From: Torpedo marmorata
Taxonomy: Eukaryota
Length of the DNA: 64,000 bases
Reading direction: 5' to 3'
NCBI GenBank assembly: GCA_977017645.1
Contig: OZ360249.1
Location: 6,572,001 to 6,636,000 of the forward strand
The notes beneath the pieces were generated by a model. The model was not told the origin of the DNA and ran no database searches. It saw only the letters and a list, made by a program, of their open reading frames with translations. Positions 1 through 11,557 of this stretch are shown here, in pieces. The position numbers and the translations under genes were made by a program. The first letter of the stretch is position 1. Every line of letters starts with the position of its first letter.

Positions 1-688
1 AGAGTCCCCCCAGAGTCACCAAGTGTCCATAGATTCGCCTCCAGCGCTTCCGCAGCCACACATAGTCCAGTCCAAACGATCGGCATCCCGAGCTCCAGAT
101 CCGAACCTCCAACACGGTCAGGTCGCCCTCGGCACCCCCTCACATCCCGGTTCCGATACCTGGTACTCCTCCAGCCAGTTCGAGCCAACCTCCAGCAGTC
201 CGCAGCCCATCGTGAGTCCCCCGACAGCAGTCTCCAGCAGCCCACAGCCTCCGCGGGTTCCTCGCCTCGAGTCGCCAGCAGCCCGCCGCATGCACTGGCC
301 CTTCAGCCTCAGAGCCCCTCACTGGTCCGCCGCCCTGGTCACCGTCCCTTGGGTCGTCTCCTCCGCTTCTCCTTCTCAGACGGGGGTGATCTTCCCGTCC
401 ACTGGTGCCCTGCTCCAGTCCCCCGCTTCCCCGGAGTCTGCAGCCCCTCGTGGCTGCTGCCGGTTAATAGGCGCTGCCATCTTGGGCGTAGACCCCGCGG
501 TCGCGGGATCTTAAATAAAACCACCGTCGGCTCCTTTAACGGGCTGTTCAAAGCCCGTGCGGAACCGACGGCAGTCGACTGGGCGGCTGGACCCCGCGGG
601 AGCGCTGTATCTCCGCTCCCACGCTCCTCGCGGGTCCGCACCAGTGGTAGCGCTGCCGCTACAGCGGCTCCGGCAGCGCGGCCATCTT
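1..688 (-). mobile_element. GC/CpG-rich 5' head of a retroelement (probable non-autonomous or Rex1/Babar-related element), running off the left edge of the window
   Basis: Minus strand begins AAGATGGCCG at 688, with a second CAAGATGGC at 484-476 (YY1-type motifs typical of LINE 5' ends). The GC-rich sequence stops abruptly at 688, and the overlapping ORFs are low-complexity with no recognisable domain. Confidence 0.45.
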
Positions 689-690
689 CA

Positions 691-1156
691 GGATTTGCAT
701 AGAAGCAATAAGAGTGGCAGAGAGGATCACTGGAGCCTCCCTCCCCCCATCCACGTGATCTACCGGGATCGTTGTCTGAAGAGGGCGTGCAAAATCATTG
801 AGGACCCCGTCCACCCTGCACACAGTATCTTTCAGCTGCTCTTGTCAGGGAAGAGATACAGGAGTATCAGAGCCAGCACCACCAGGCTGAGGAACATCTT
901 CTTCCCACGGGCAGTGAGAATACTGAACGCCCAAAGGAACTGCTCACCCTAACCATCCGACACTCTCATTTGTACAAAACAATATTTATTTATTTATTTT
1001 TATAGATATAATACTTGTCCTGCATGTGTATTATTTGTCTGTATGTATGTTTAAGTCTGGTTGTGTGTCTGCATGATTTGCACCGAGGACCGGAGAACAC
1101 TGTTTCGTCGGGTTGTACTTGTACAATCAGATGACAATAAACTTGAGTTGACTTGA
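691..1156 (+). mobile_element. Rex1/Babar LINE, 5'-truncated 3' end
   Basis: ORF2 C-terminal peptide IYRDRCLKRACKIIEDPVHPAHSIFQLLLSGKRYRSIRASTTRLRNIFFPRAVRILN, then a 3' UTR ending GACAATAAACTTGAGTTGACTTGA. Same family as 49728-50078 and 56195-56385. Confidence 0.85.
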
Positions 1157-2357
1157 TAATAAACCTCAATTTATTTAAAGTACATGAATATTCAGAGGGA
1201 AAGATGATAACACAGAAAAACATAAGTTTGTGAAACATACCTTTGTAGATTTTGGTTCAAAGATGACCATCTGAAGATTTGTACCAGGCTAGTGTAAATA
1301 GAATATTCCAAATCTGCCATTCTTTGCTTTAAAATTAAAGAGGGCAGCTGATCACTCAAAATGGTCAACCAATTTGAGATTGAGGCTAGTTGAAATACAG
1401 TGAAAACACATTGAGAATGGATCACTTGGGTCATCATGATCTGTACAGGACTTTCTTGCCAGCGGTGCTGATTTTATTGCACTGTCCAACTATAGTTTAT
1501 GACCTGCCCTGATGGTGATTTATAAACTGGAGCTACAGAACCCAGTTAGCTTGAACTTAAAAATGGATTCAATTTGTCAAAATTTACCAATCCCAACTTT
1601 TAGATATTCTGCAAACAACCCAAGCTGCTGCACATCTTCTGTAATTGGAAGTTGATATAATTTGACAACTGCAGTTTCCCTGAGAGACTTTGGTCATTTC
1701 CTGAATGATTATCGTTGTTTGCAGCACTTGGTGCTGCGAGGCAGGACTGAATTTTAGGATGACAATTGTGCCTGTGTTGTCCATAAAACGTCTATTCATA
1801 TTTTGGGAATACACTTTATGAAGTTTTACCTTTATTGTTTGAGTGAAGAGATTTTGCATTCAATATTTCTTGTAGCAATTCTGTGCACTCACTCTTCCTG
1901 CATCCTGAACTGACAGAAGTCACGGATATGCCCATGCAGGAACAAAGAAGTGGCAACAGCCTTGGTAGCACTTTCTGTTGCTTTTGGAAAGCTGGAATGT
2001 ACTGGCAAACTTGACGTGGTTTTTCCTACAATTCCTTTATCTGGCTGAGAATCTGCAATCCCTGGATTGCTCCTTGCTGGGTTTTTTATTCTCATTTATT
2101 ATTCTCATTCTCATTCTTTTCTTATTTCTAGTTTGTTTCACTTTAGTCTACAAAATGTACTACCTCAAACAACAATGGACTAGTTACCTGTAAATAAACT
2201 AAAAACCTGAGAATTAATTGTGCATCTTTTTAGGAACATTTATTTTTGAGTTGAGTGCAATTTCTTGATTCATTTAAGGATTGAGTACTTTTATTGGTCT
2301 AATTTATCCCATTTCAAAAGTTAATTTTATTTTTATTAATAATAGAAATTAATAATA

Positions 2358-2602
2358 GGGTGACATTTAGCGCAACGCTGTTTCAGCGCCAGCAATCGGG
2401 ACTGGGGCTTGAATCCCGCGCTGTCTGTAAGGAGTTTGTACATTCTCTGCGTGTCTGCGTGGGTTTCCTCCGAGGGCTCCCGTTTCCTCCCACTGTTCAA
2501 AATGTACCTGGCGTTGTCGGTCAATCGGGTGTAATTGGGCAGCGCGGGCTCATGGGCCGAAGGGGCCTTTTACCGTGCTGTATGTTTAAATTTAAATTTA
2601 AA
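2358..2602 (+). mobile_element. HE1-type tRNA-derived V-SINE (5' slightly truncated)
   Basis: B-box-like TTGAATCCC, V-domain GAGTTTGTACATTCTC...GTGTCTGCGTGGGTTTCCTCC, CR1-like tail GGGCCGAAGGGGCC...GTGCTGTATG, then a TTTAAA repeat. Confidence 0.85.
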
Positions 2603-3198
2603 ATATTCACTTCAAGCGATTTTAAAAAGTGATGCTGATCCTCCCACTAAACAATACTGTTTTTTTTTAATCCCTTACATAGAATTAGCTGAGATAAGAA
2701 AAATATACCAGTTAAAATCTACTTAATTGTATTGGCTGATGCTGGTCAACAACTTGTATCTTGCAAATATTTGACTGACCTGATCCTTACCAGCTTGAAC
2801 AAGGGCTTTGAAATACGAAGGACTTGGAGTAAAGGCCATTTATACCAATAAACCTTAAACCTCTTCTTTGTGTATATTCAACAGTCTGAAGAAAATGACT
2901 TCTTCAAACTTTTCTCTTGGTCATTTTTTGGTTGCCTTGCTACTTAGATGATAATGTATCAATTACTTCCCATAATAATCCTCGCTTCCTCTTTTATAAC
3001 GTTTGCTCTCTGACATTTGACTTGACAGTATTGCTTTGAAGCATCAAGTTAAGAAGGCAGAAAACATCCGGTTTAAAAATATTGGAGGCTTAGTTTAATC
3101 AGGCACATCAGACGGACAAGGGGATTGAAAGAACAATAAATGTGTGATAGATGTTAAAAGATCAAAGCACACGGAGGTCCAAGAACAAAGGAATGATG

Positions 3199-3749
3199 GG
3201 GGAGAGAAACACGATAGGCTGCAGACGCTGTGATTGTAGTAAAAACACTGAAATTCCGGAGGAACTCAGCTGCTTTATTTAGCATCTAGGATATTTTTGG
3301 CAAAAATATATTGCCGACGTTTTCGGGCTTGAACCATTCTTCAAGGAAAAATCAGAAAAGGCAGAAGCAGGATATATCAGAAAGTCTCAGAATTCAAACA
3401 ATGGGGGAGGAATCAGGAACAACACCTCATCTTCCGACTGGGCACCCTCCAACCGGATGGCAATAATATCGACTTCTCCCGACGTCTCTCCATTGCCTGT
3501 CTCATTTCGCACAGACATGATAAATTCTACCTAGTCCCTTATCACATCCAATTAACACCTTTTGTTGGTCTGGATTCCTCCCCCATTGTTTGAATTTTGA
3601 GACTTTCTGATATATCCTGTATCTGCCTTTTCTGATTTTTCCTTGAAGAAGGGCTCAGGCCCGAAACGTCGGCAATATATTTTTGTCAAAAAGATCCAAG
3701 ATGCTGAATAAACCAGCTGAGTTCCTCCAGCTTTTCGGTGTTTTTACAA
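3199..3749. mobile_element. Penelope-like element (PLE) 3' remnant with fold-back (inverted) pLTR arms
   Basis: Arms 3239-3414 and 3573-3747 are reverse complements. The spacer carries the GIY-YIG ORF end (EQHLIFRLGTLQPDG). 12-bp TSD AAAGGAATGATG at 3187-3198 and 3750-3761. Same family as 16540-17327. Confidence 0.85.
3641..3672 (+). ncRNA. Minimal type I hammerhead ribozyme motif (PLE-associated)
   Basis: cc-TTGAAGA-a-GGGC(tcag)GCCC-GAAAC-GTC-gg: core with a C3U variant, 4-bp stem II, palindromic ACGT in place of stem III, and a GUC cleavage triplet. Confidence 0.6.
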
Positions 3750-4151
3750 AAAGGAATGATGCCTGAAGAAGGCAAGCATATTTATAAATTTGATTTTGCT
3801 TGTAGTTTTAATGCAAAATAGTGTTCCAATCAGTCCATCAAAACCATTATTTATTTTAAATCCATGTCAATTATCCTGATGAATGGTTTGATTTCCTTTC
3901 TTAATGTCACATCTTATAATGTCAGTGTGGTCTTGATAACTGTTCAATTCCTAACAACTGAGATCAGTCAGCTCCCCAGCACCTTCTCTCTTGTGGTTCA
4001 CCTTTATAAGGCGCTTGCTTTGGACCAAGGCAGAAACATTCACAATGGTAACACAGCGGTGGTGGAGATAGTGAGTTGGTGACCACCCTGCAGTTTAGTT
4101 TGATGCCCTCCAAAACAATTTACAAGAATTTGGGCTTTTGGTCAATTTGAT

Positions 4152-4942
4152 ATCAGAATCAGAATTTATTGTCATGAACAAGTCATGAAATTCGGTGTTT
4201 TGCGGCAGCATCATAGTGCAAACATTCATATTATACCATCTTATGACATTACTATAAAAATATATAAATAATAGTGCACGAAAAGTAAGGCTGTGTCTTT
4301 GGTTCATTGATTATTCAGGAATCTGATGGCAGCGGGGAAGAAGCTGTCCTTGTGCCGTTGAGTGCTCAACTTTAGGCTCCTGTACCTTTTTCCCGATGGT
4401 AGCAGAGTGAAGAGGGCATGGCCTGGGTGGTGGGGGTCTTTGAGGACAGAGGCTGCTTTTTTAAGACACCACCTCGTGTAGATGTCCTCGATGGAGTGAA
4501 GTCTGGTACCTGTGATGTCACAGGCCGAGTTACCAACCCTCTGGAGTTTACTCTTGTCCTGAGAGTTGGCGCCTCCATACCAGGCAGTGATGCAACCAGC
4601 CAGGATGCTCTCCACGGTACACCTGTAGAAGTTTACGAGAGTCTTCGGTGACATACCGAATCTCCTCAGACACCTTACAAAGTATAGCCGCTGGCGAGCC
4701 TTCTTTGTGATTTTATCAACGTGGAGGCTCAGGACAGATCCTCGGAGATGTTGACACCCAGGAATTTGAAGTTCTTGACCCTCTCCACGACTGAGCCCTC
4801 GATGAGGACTGGGTCATGTTCCCCTGACTTCCTCCTGACGTTGAGCGCAAGGTTGTTGCCGTTACACCATTCAACGAGCTGATCTATCTCCCTCCTGTAC
4901 GCTTCGTCATTGCCGTTTGTGATTCTGCCACCAACTGTGGTG
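4152..4942 (-). mobile_element. Rex1/Babar LINE 3' portion
   Basis: ORF 4304-4654 LVNFYRCTVESILAGCITAWYG...DPHHPGHALFTLLPSGKRYRS...DSFFPAAIRFLN. Tail GACAATAAATTCTGATTCTGAT on the minus strand. Confidence 0.9.
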
Positions 4943-5134
4943 ATCTCAAAACAATTTTGAAAATATACACCACGTATTGTGGAGAGGGAAATAAAGTTAA
5001 ACTTTATTAAAGTTAAAAGTTAATGACTTTTCTACATTCCTTTTTCTGATCCACTGAGCATTTCTGCTGTTATTTCATATTTCCATCTTGCATAGCATTT
5101 TGTCTCAGTCAACCTCTGAAACTAACTGAAAGAA

Positions 5135-5403
5135 GGGCGGCACGGTTGGCGTAGTGGTTAGCGCAATGCCTTTACAGCGCCAGCGATCGGGACCGGGGTT
5201 CGAATCCCATGCTGTCTGTAAGGAGTTTGTATGTTCTCCCCGTGTGTGCATGGGTTTTCCCCGGGGGCTCCGGTTTCCTCCCACCGTTTAAAAAATAATC
5301 GTACTGGGGGCTGTAGGTCAATCGTGTATAATTGGGCGGCAGAGGCACGGGGGCCGAAATGGCCTGTTACTGTGCTGTATGTCTAAATTTTAAAAAAATT
5401 AAA
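5135..5403 (+). mobile_element. HE1-type V-SINE, full length
   Basis: Starts GGGCGGCACGG. Pol III A box TGGCGTAGTGG (5147-5157), B box GGTTCGAATCCC (5197-5208), V-domain and CR1-type 3' tail. Confidence 0.9.
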
Positions 5404-5867
5404 GGGAACCAGTAGGTGATAATATTAAAAACACTCATAGCAGTGTGTAATTTCTCGATTTTAAAAACGAAGAAAGCAGAATTTCAGTTCTGCAAGCAGA
5501 GTCCAACCCTGGGCAAAGTTTTTGACTTCAAACCAAAGCTACTATTGCACTCAGTTTTGTGACTGCAAGGGAGCGCAACTTTATTGACATATTTATGTCT
5601 GAGTTACAGTTCTCTGCACCATTCCACTGATGGGATACCACAGTGGCACTCTTTCAGCTACAGGAGGGTGTTTTCAAGGAATGAGCTTGTGTTACGGTGA
5701 TGGGAGAGAAGTGGCGTAGCCCTCTGTGGGACAGAGACACCTGCACATGCTTCAGAATAATGGTGTACAGAGGAGGAAACTTCCTGGGGTAAAGGGTACT
5801 TGTGGCAGAAAGCATCGAAGGAGATATCTGTAAAGGCATAAGTGGGAGTGACCTTGGAGAGGAATTC

Positions 5868-6198
5868 AAAATCATGAGGGGTATGGATATAGTGAATGCT
5901 CAGTCTTTTTTCTCAGGGTAGATGATTCTAGATTTTGGGCGCATAGGTTTAAAGTGAAAGGGGAGAGATTTGAGGGACCTAATTGGCAACTTTTTCACTC
6001 AGACAAATGAGCTGCTGGAGAAAGCTGGAAATGCTGGTACAATTTTAATGTTCAAAAGACATTTGGATGGATATGAGGATAGGGAAGATTTAGAAGGATA
6101 TGGGTGAAATGCAAGCAAATGGGACTAGCCCAGAATGCTAACTTGGTCAACATGGACTTGGGCTGAAGAGCCTGCTCCCTGCTGTAGGATTCTGATTT
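5868..6198 (+). mobile_element. Degraded CR1 LINE 3' end
   Basis: Similar to 14710-15050 (AAAATCATGAGGGG...GGGCGCATAGGTTTAAAGTGAAAGGGGAGAGATTT...AAATGGGACTAG...GGGCTGAAGAGCCTG). Confidence 0.75.
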
Positions 6199-6781
6199 TA
6201 CAAGTGCCCTCTATGAATACGTTCACTTTGGGAACCCTGCCCTTTTAGGTCAGAATGAAAAAAGTGACATTGACCGAAAATTGAATGTTCCACTTCATGT
6301 CAGCTGAGCATTTTTTGATACCTACAATTCAACAATAGGCAGCAAAGTGTCTTGTTTGCTATCTATCGTGAATTACAGTCCACAAGGAGGCTGAGGCAGT
6401 AGCTCTGAGAGTAAGGGCTGATGTAACTTTGACTTTCAGAGCTGCACACTCACCTCTGTGAGCTTGTGGTTTTAGTTTTCAGTGGAAGAAAAGCTTGTGT
6501 TGACATTGTAGGAAGCGTTAATTCGATGGTGCCTCCTTGTGAAAGCTGGATGAAGATGTTTTTGGTATCACCTCCTTTGCTGGAAGTCTTTCTTGAATTT
6601 TGTACTTCTGATTTGATGAGCATGGAACAACTTTTCATTTTGGAGCATATTTTTCTGGCACTTCAGGCCAGTACATTCTGCATTTTAAATTGTAAGTCTG
6701 CCTACTCGTGGTTGGTTATGCAGAGTGTTACATGGCACTCTGCAAAAGGCTATAGGTGGGATGTGTCTGCCCTTTTAAATA

Positions 6782-7005
6782 CAGTAAAGCCTCTGGTATC
6801 CGGAATTCAAGCAAATGGCAACCTCAAGCAACCGGAAAAAAAATTGAGGAAAATAAATAGGTAAAAAATACATGTTTAAAATTGGTGTGCCTCGCCATTA
6901 GTTTGCCACTCTATGCAACCATGCAATCAATCTCAAGCAACCGGAAAATACACTTATCCAGCATTTACCAATCCTCATAGGTGCCGGATACCAAGGGCTT
7001 CACTG
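6782..7005. mobile_element. Tc1/mariner (Tigger/pogo-type) MITE
   Basis: TA|CAGTAAAGCCTCTGGTATCCGG ... CCGGATACCAAGGGCTTCACTG|TA: ~22-bp imperfect TIRs, TA target duplication, no ORF. Confidence 0.85.
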
Positions 7006-7491
7006 TAATGCTTTGAGCCTTCAGCATTGCTAAAAGTCAGTTCTTGTGAGAGTGAACAGTGAGTGACATTTGCTATTCAGGCCAATGTGATACAAAATCT
7101 TGCAAGAAAGGAAGTTATCCCACTAGCTTGGCCTTTGAGCAAGCTGGACATGCGCAAAAACTCTCACACCAAAAGGTCCATATTCTGATGATGATCAAGG
7201 TTAACTCTTCCAGAAATGTGCACAAAATCAGTTAAGGGCACTTTGACATACTTGTTGACTGTGTAATGCCTGTTTCTCTGGCACAGTGCAGGTAAATGTC
7301 TTTGGTTCAGAATCACATTTAAACTGCAATCTATGACAAAATATTTTCTACGATACTGAGTGGGCTCTTGTTATCAAACTTGAGTAAAGACATCAAACGT
7401 ACCGATTATGGGGAAAAGTACAGAGAAATCCAAGGGGCCAGACTAATGATATAGAAGAACACCACAAAGGAAACAAACATGAAAATGTTCA

Positions 7492-8115
7492 ATGGATGTG
7501 GGTGTCACTGGAACCACTGGCATTTGTTGTCCATCCTCTCTCCTTAGCCAAAGAGGCAGTTAAAATTTGAAATTTATTTTTAAATTTTTAATTTTTTAAA
7601 TTTATATTTAGACATGCAGTACAGTAACAGGCTCTTTCAGCCAACGAGCCCGTGCCGCCCAAATACATCCGATTGACCTACAACCCCGGTACGTTTTTAA
7701 ACGGTTGGAAGAAACCGGAGCACCTGGAGGAAACCCATGCAGACACGGGGAGAACGTACAAACTCCTTACAGACAGCGCTGGATTCGAACCCGCGTCCCG
7801 GTCGCTGGTGCAGTAACAGCGTTGCGCTAACCGCTACGCTAACCGTGCTGCCCCTTAAGAGTCAAGCAATTTGGTAAATCTGGAGTTGTATGCAGGACAG
7901 ACTGGATAAGAAAGACAGATGCCCTTCCCTGAAGGATATTCGTTAAATTGGTGCATTTTACAACAGTTTACAATGTTCACAATTTCCAAAACATTTTTTT
8001 AAATCCAGGTTTATTGAATGATTTGAATTTAAGTTCTCAAATTTCCATGGTGGAATTCCACCCTTCAATGGTTACAAACTTTAGCTACAAGATGTGTAAC
8101 TAAACCATCATGCTA
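7492..8115 (-). mobile_element. Old tRNA-derived SINE-like repeat, interrupted by an HE1 SINE
   Basis: GGCAGTTAA (7555-7563) continues as TTAAGAGTCAA (7855-) across the insert. Its 3' tail resembles the LINE end at 18045-18330. Family recalled from chondrichthyan repeats, not searched. Confidence 0.5.
7564..7854 (-). mobile_element. HE1-type V-SINE, full length
   Basis: Reverse complement of 5135-5403. TTAA is duplicated at 7560-7563 and 7855-7858. Confidence 0.9.
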
Positions 8116-8825
8116 CATAAATATTTGTGAGCTCAGATTCACTTCTGCACAATTATCATGGAGGGAATTGCTGCAGGGCTGGTATTTACTTCACGCAATA
8201 TCGTATTTACTGGATCCTTTCCTAGTTCTACAAAACTATTGGCACACAATCTACTGAAAGCTTATTCCCAACAGCATCTGAAGATGGCATGGCACACTTT
8301 GAATAGCAGGAGCCAGTTCTCCTGAAGCAATGCGCAATATTGCTTCTTTCAACCAGAAACATCATAACTTATCTCTTTTTGTGAACTCTTGTATGGAAAA
8401 TCTGACTTTTCTTCATTTAATAATTTGAATGGGCAGAATTTCACTTTTTTGGGAGTGAAGTGAATCCAGATTTCTGCCCCAGGCTCGTTTTGCACACAAT
8501 TTTGCATCTCTTTGGGAACTCCCCTTTCATTAACATGCTGACGTCTGAGTTAAAGTCATTTTTTGAATCACGACCACACTTGAGCCACAACGTCAGGATA
8601 TTCAAAGCATTAAAGTATGGCTCCATTACAGTGATTATATTTCGAAAGGATTCTTTTGGCTATAACCAATTACGGGCAACCTGACTGTATCCTTTCACTA
8701 TATATTTTGTCTTTCATTTCTGTCCGCTCTTTTGAGATTTGCTCTCTTCTTTTTTCCCTCATTTATCTAATCAATCCATTATTATCTTTCTCCTCCATGC
8801 AGCTGTCTTATTTACACTTAACCAC

Positions 8826-9180
8826 AGTGCCAATTTTTGTATCACCTGCAAATTTCTTAAATGCACCCCTTAATTTGATTCTAAATGATTAATGTATACC
8901 ACAAAAGACAAGGGACTGCTCACTGAGCCCTGTGGAACCACAGAGGAAACAGCCTTCCAAACATTAAACATATGTGGATCATTAGCTTGTCACTGAGTCA
9001 GTATTGGATCCACTGTGCCTCTATTGACTTTATTTCCCAGGCAGCACCTTGTTAAACACATTGTGAGGTCCACATAGACTATGTCAAATGTGCTATCCTC
9101 GTCATCCTTCCTTGTTGCCATCTAAAATATTTAATTCAAATTAGACAGTTACAGTATGACCTCTTAATGAATCCATGCTG
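8826..9180 (-). mobile_element. Degraded CR1-clade RT fragment
   Basis: Minus strand resembles the GVPQGSVLGPLLF..YIND...KFADDTK region (TGAGCCCTGTGGAACCAC, TTTGTATCACCTGCAAATTT on plus), with many frame breaks. Confidence 0.6.
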
Positions 9181-9267
9181 TTCTTGAATATTGCATGTTT
9201 TTTTACATAATGCTTAATACTGTCCCTCAAAAAAATTTAATCATGTACTCCTTGGTCAAGATTATAA

Positions 9268-10482
9268 ATTTATTCCAGATTTGGCAAGATCATGGTATAT
9301 GTTCATTTACAAACTTGTTTATAGATTCTAATTTTATTACTTTTGAACAGTTGGTTAATAAGTATAACTTATCTAGAAACAATTATTTTAGATACTTTCA
9401 AGTTAGGAATTTTATAAATCCCTTGAGATTGGAGTTTCCTTTCGATTTAAAGTTAGTAATCATAGAAAAGGTTTTTACTATCACTCCTGATATACCAAAA
9501 CCATTGTCAGTATTTTATAACCTTTTAAAAGAAAATGTGATACAGCATGTGGATAAAATAAAGGAGGCTTGGGAAAGAGATTTTTTTAGAAGTTTTTTCA
9601 CCTTCAGTGTGGTCCAATATTTTGGACCGTATCCATACCTCTTTATTATGTGCAAGACATAATTTAATTCAATTCAAAGTAGTTCACAGAGCTCATTACT
9701 CGAAATCTTTACTGGCTAAATTTTCATAAAATATATTATCTATGTGTGATAGATGTAATGTTCATGAAGGTACATTATTTCACATGTTTTGGTTGTGCCC
9801 TAAGTTAGTTAGATTTTGGAACAAAATTTTTTGTACTCTTTCTTTCGTTTTAACTACTCAATCCATTTATAGCAATATTTGGTATAAATGATCCTAGTAA
9901 TCATGATCTTACTAATAATCAAAAACATGTGATTGCTTTTTCTTCTCTGGTTGCAAGGTGACAGATCTTGCTAAAATGGAAGGATGGTAATCCTCCTATC
10001 TATGAAAATTGGCTATCAAGTTTAATGTCCTATTTAACATTAGAAAAAATTAAATGTTCAAATATTAAATTAAACCTAAAATTTACTAATATTTGGGGTT
10101 CCTTTATCGACTATTATCAGAGTTTATGATTCCTCATGATTTGAAGTTGTATTATTTCTACAGGTCAGTGCAATTCTGGGGTGGGGGTAGGTGGTAGGCT
10201 AGTTTAGATTGCTTTTGCTTTTATAAAAAAATGTATTATGATGAAATTACTATATTATCCTTTTTTTGTGGCTTGGTTCTTTTTATACCTATTGGTATTA
10301 TAATACTAAATTGTAAAGAAAAAAAAATTGATATATATCTGTAATGTATACTCTGTTATGGATGGATTAATGGAACATGTGATAATGCTTTTCTTTGCTT
10401 TTTTTTCTGTAAACGTATATAGTGAATGAACTGTTATATCCATGATTTTATGGAATTAATAAAGAGATTTAAAAAAGAAAGA
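9268..10482 (+). mobile_element. L1-clade LINE, 5'-truncated and frameshifted ORF2 C-terminus plus 3' UTR
   Basis: WQDHGICSFTNLF...FEQLVNKYNLSRNNYFRYFQVRNF; CCHC-type CDRCNVHEGTLFHMFWLCPK at ~9744-9803; G-rich UTR tract near 10177-10200; AATAAA followed by an A-rich tail at 10459-10482. Confidence 0.85.
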
Positions 10483-10485
10483 TTA

Positions 10486-10721
10486 TAAATTTAGACATAC
10501 ACCACAGTAACAGGCCATTTTGGCCCAGGAGCCCGTGCCGCCCAATTACGCCCAATTGACCTACAACCCCCAGTACGTTTTTGTTGAATGGTGGGAGGAA
10601 ACCGGAGCACCCGGGGGAAAACCCACGCAGACATGGAGAGAGCGTACAAACTCCTTACAGACAGCACGGGATTCAAACCCCGGTCCTGATCGCTGGCGCT
10701 GTAACAGCGTGGCGCTAACCG
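10486..10721 (-). mobile_element. HE1-type V-SINE
   Basis: Reverse complement of the HE1 copies, inserted at the L1 A-rich tail. Confidence 0.9.
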
Positions 10722-10904
10722 TCTGTGGAGAACATTTAATTACTCAAAGAAAGATTATTAATAAAATGTGAAGATGGATAAATAGTTTGGAAGTTCTGTT
10801 CTCAATTGTAAAAAGGTGGGGTGAAATTTAATGTCCAATGAAACTAGTCCGTTTAGGCTATGCAAAGACATTAATATGTTAGTTGAGGCTATGGTTGGGA
10901 AAAT

Positions 10905-11205
10905 TAGAATATAGGACTAAAAGTAGGCCATTTGGCCTTTCAAGCCTGCCCTGCCATTCAACATAATCATGGCTGATCTGCCCCAAGCCCCTTCCCTGCC
11001 AATCCCCATTGCCCTCAATTCAATGATCTTCCAAAAATCTGCTTCCTCTTTTCGTACACCCAATGATCTAGCCTCTCCAATGCTCCAGGGTGGAGAATTC
11101 CAGAGAGGAACCATCTTCTGCAAGACAAGTTCCTAATCACCTCACTTTTAAATGATTGCCCTCTAATCTTATGACTATCCCTTCATTTAAGATTCTCTGA
11201 CTAGT
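10905..11205 (-). mobile_element. Degraded CR1 3' end
   Basis: Minus-strand peptide LWNSPPWSIGEA..., followed by the UTR stem GGCAGGGCAGGCTTGAAAGGCCAAATGGCCTACT and a short repeat tail. Confidence 0.7.
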
Positions 11206-11307
11206 GAAGAATTGTACAAGATTCATTGAAGGGGTAGGATTGAAAGTCAGAATGCAGTCAGTTTTCTCTTTTTCTGTTTTCCAGTGTATTTTATGCTCTC
11301 TCATTTT

Positions 11308-11557
11308 TAAAGTTAGACATACACCACAGTAACAGGCCCTTTCAGTCCACGAGCCCATGCCGCCCAATTACACCCAATTAACCTACAACCCCCGGTACGT
11401 TTTGAATGGTGGGAGTAAACCGGAGCCCCCGGGGAAAACCCACGCAGACACGGGGAGAACGAACAAACTCCTTACAGACAGCGCAGGATTCAAAACCCGG
11501 TCCCGATCGCTGGTGCTGTAACAGCGTTGCGCTAATCGCTACGCTAATCATGCCGTC
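11308..11557 (-). mobile_element. HE1-type V-SINE, full length
   Basis: Near-identical to 7564-7854 and 10486-10721. Confidence 0.9.

Noticed and set aside
23-702. Overlapping ORFs of 100-163 aa on both strands
   Set aside because: Pro/Ser/Arg-rich ORFs expected by chance in a GC-rich repeat head; no recognisable domain.
5135-5215. tRNA gene (A and B boxes present)
   Set aside because: It is the tRNA-derived head of a SINE, continuing into the V-domain and LINE tail, and present in multiple copies.
6466-6864. 132-aa plus-strand ORF
   Set aside because: No recognisable domain, and it runs into a Tigger-type MITE.
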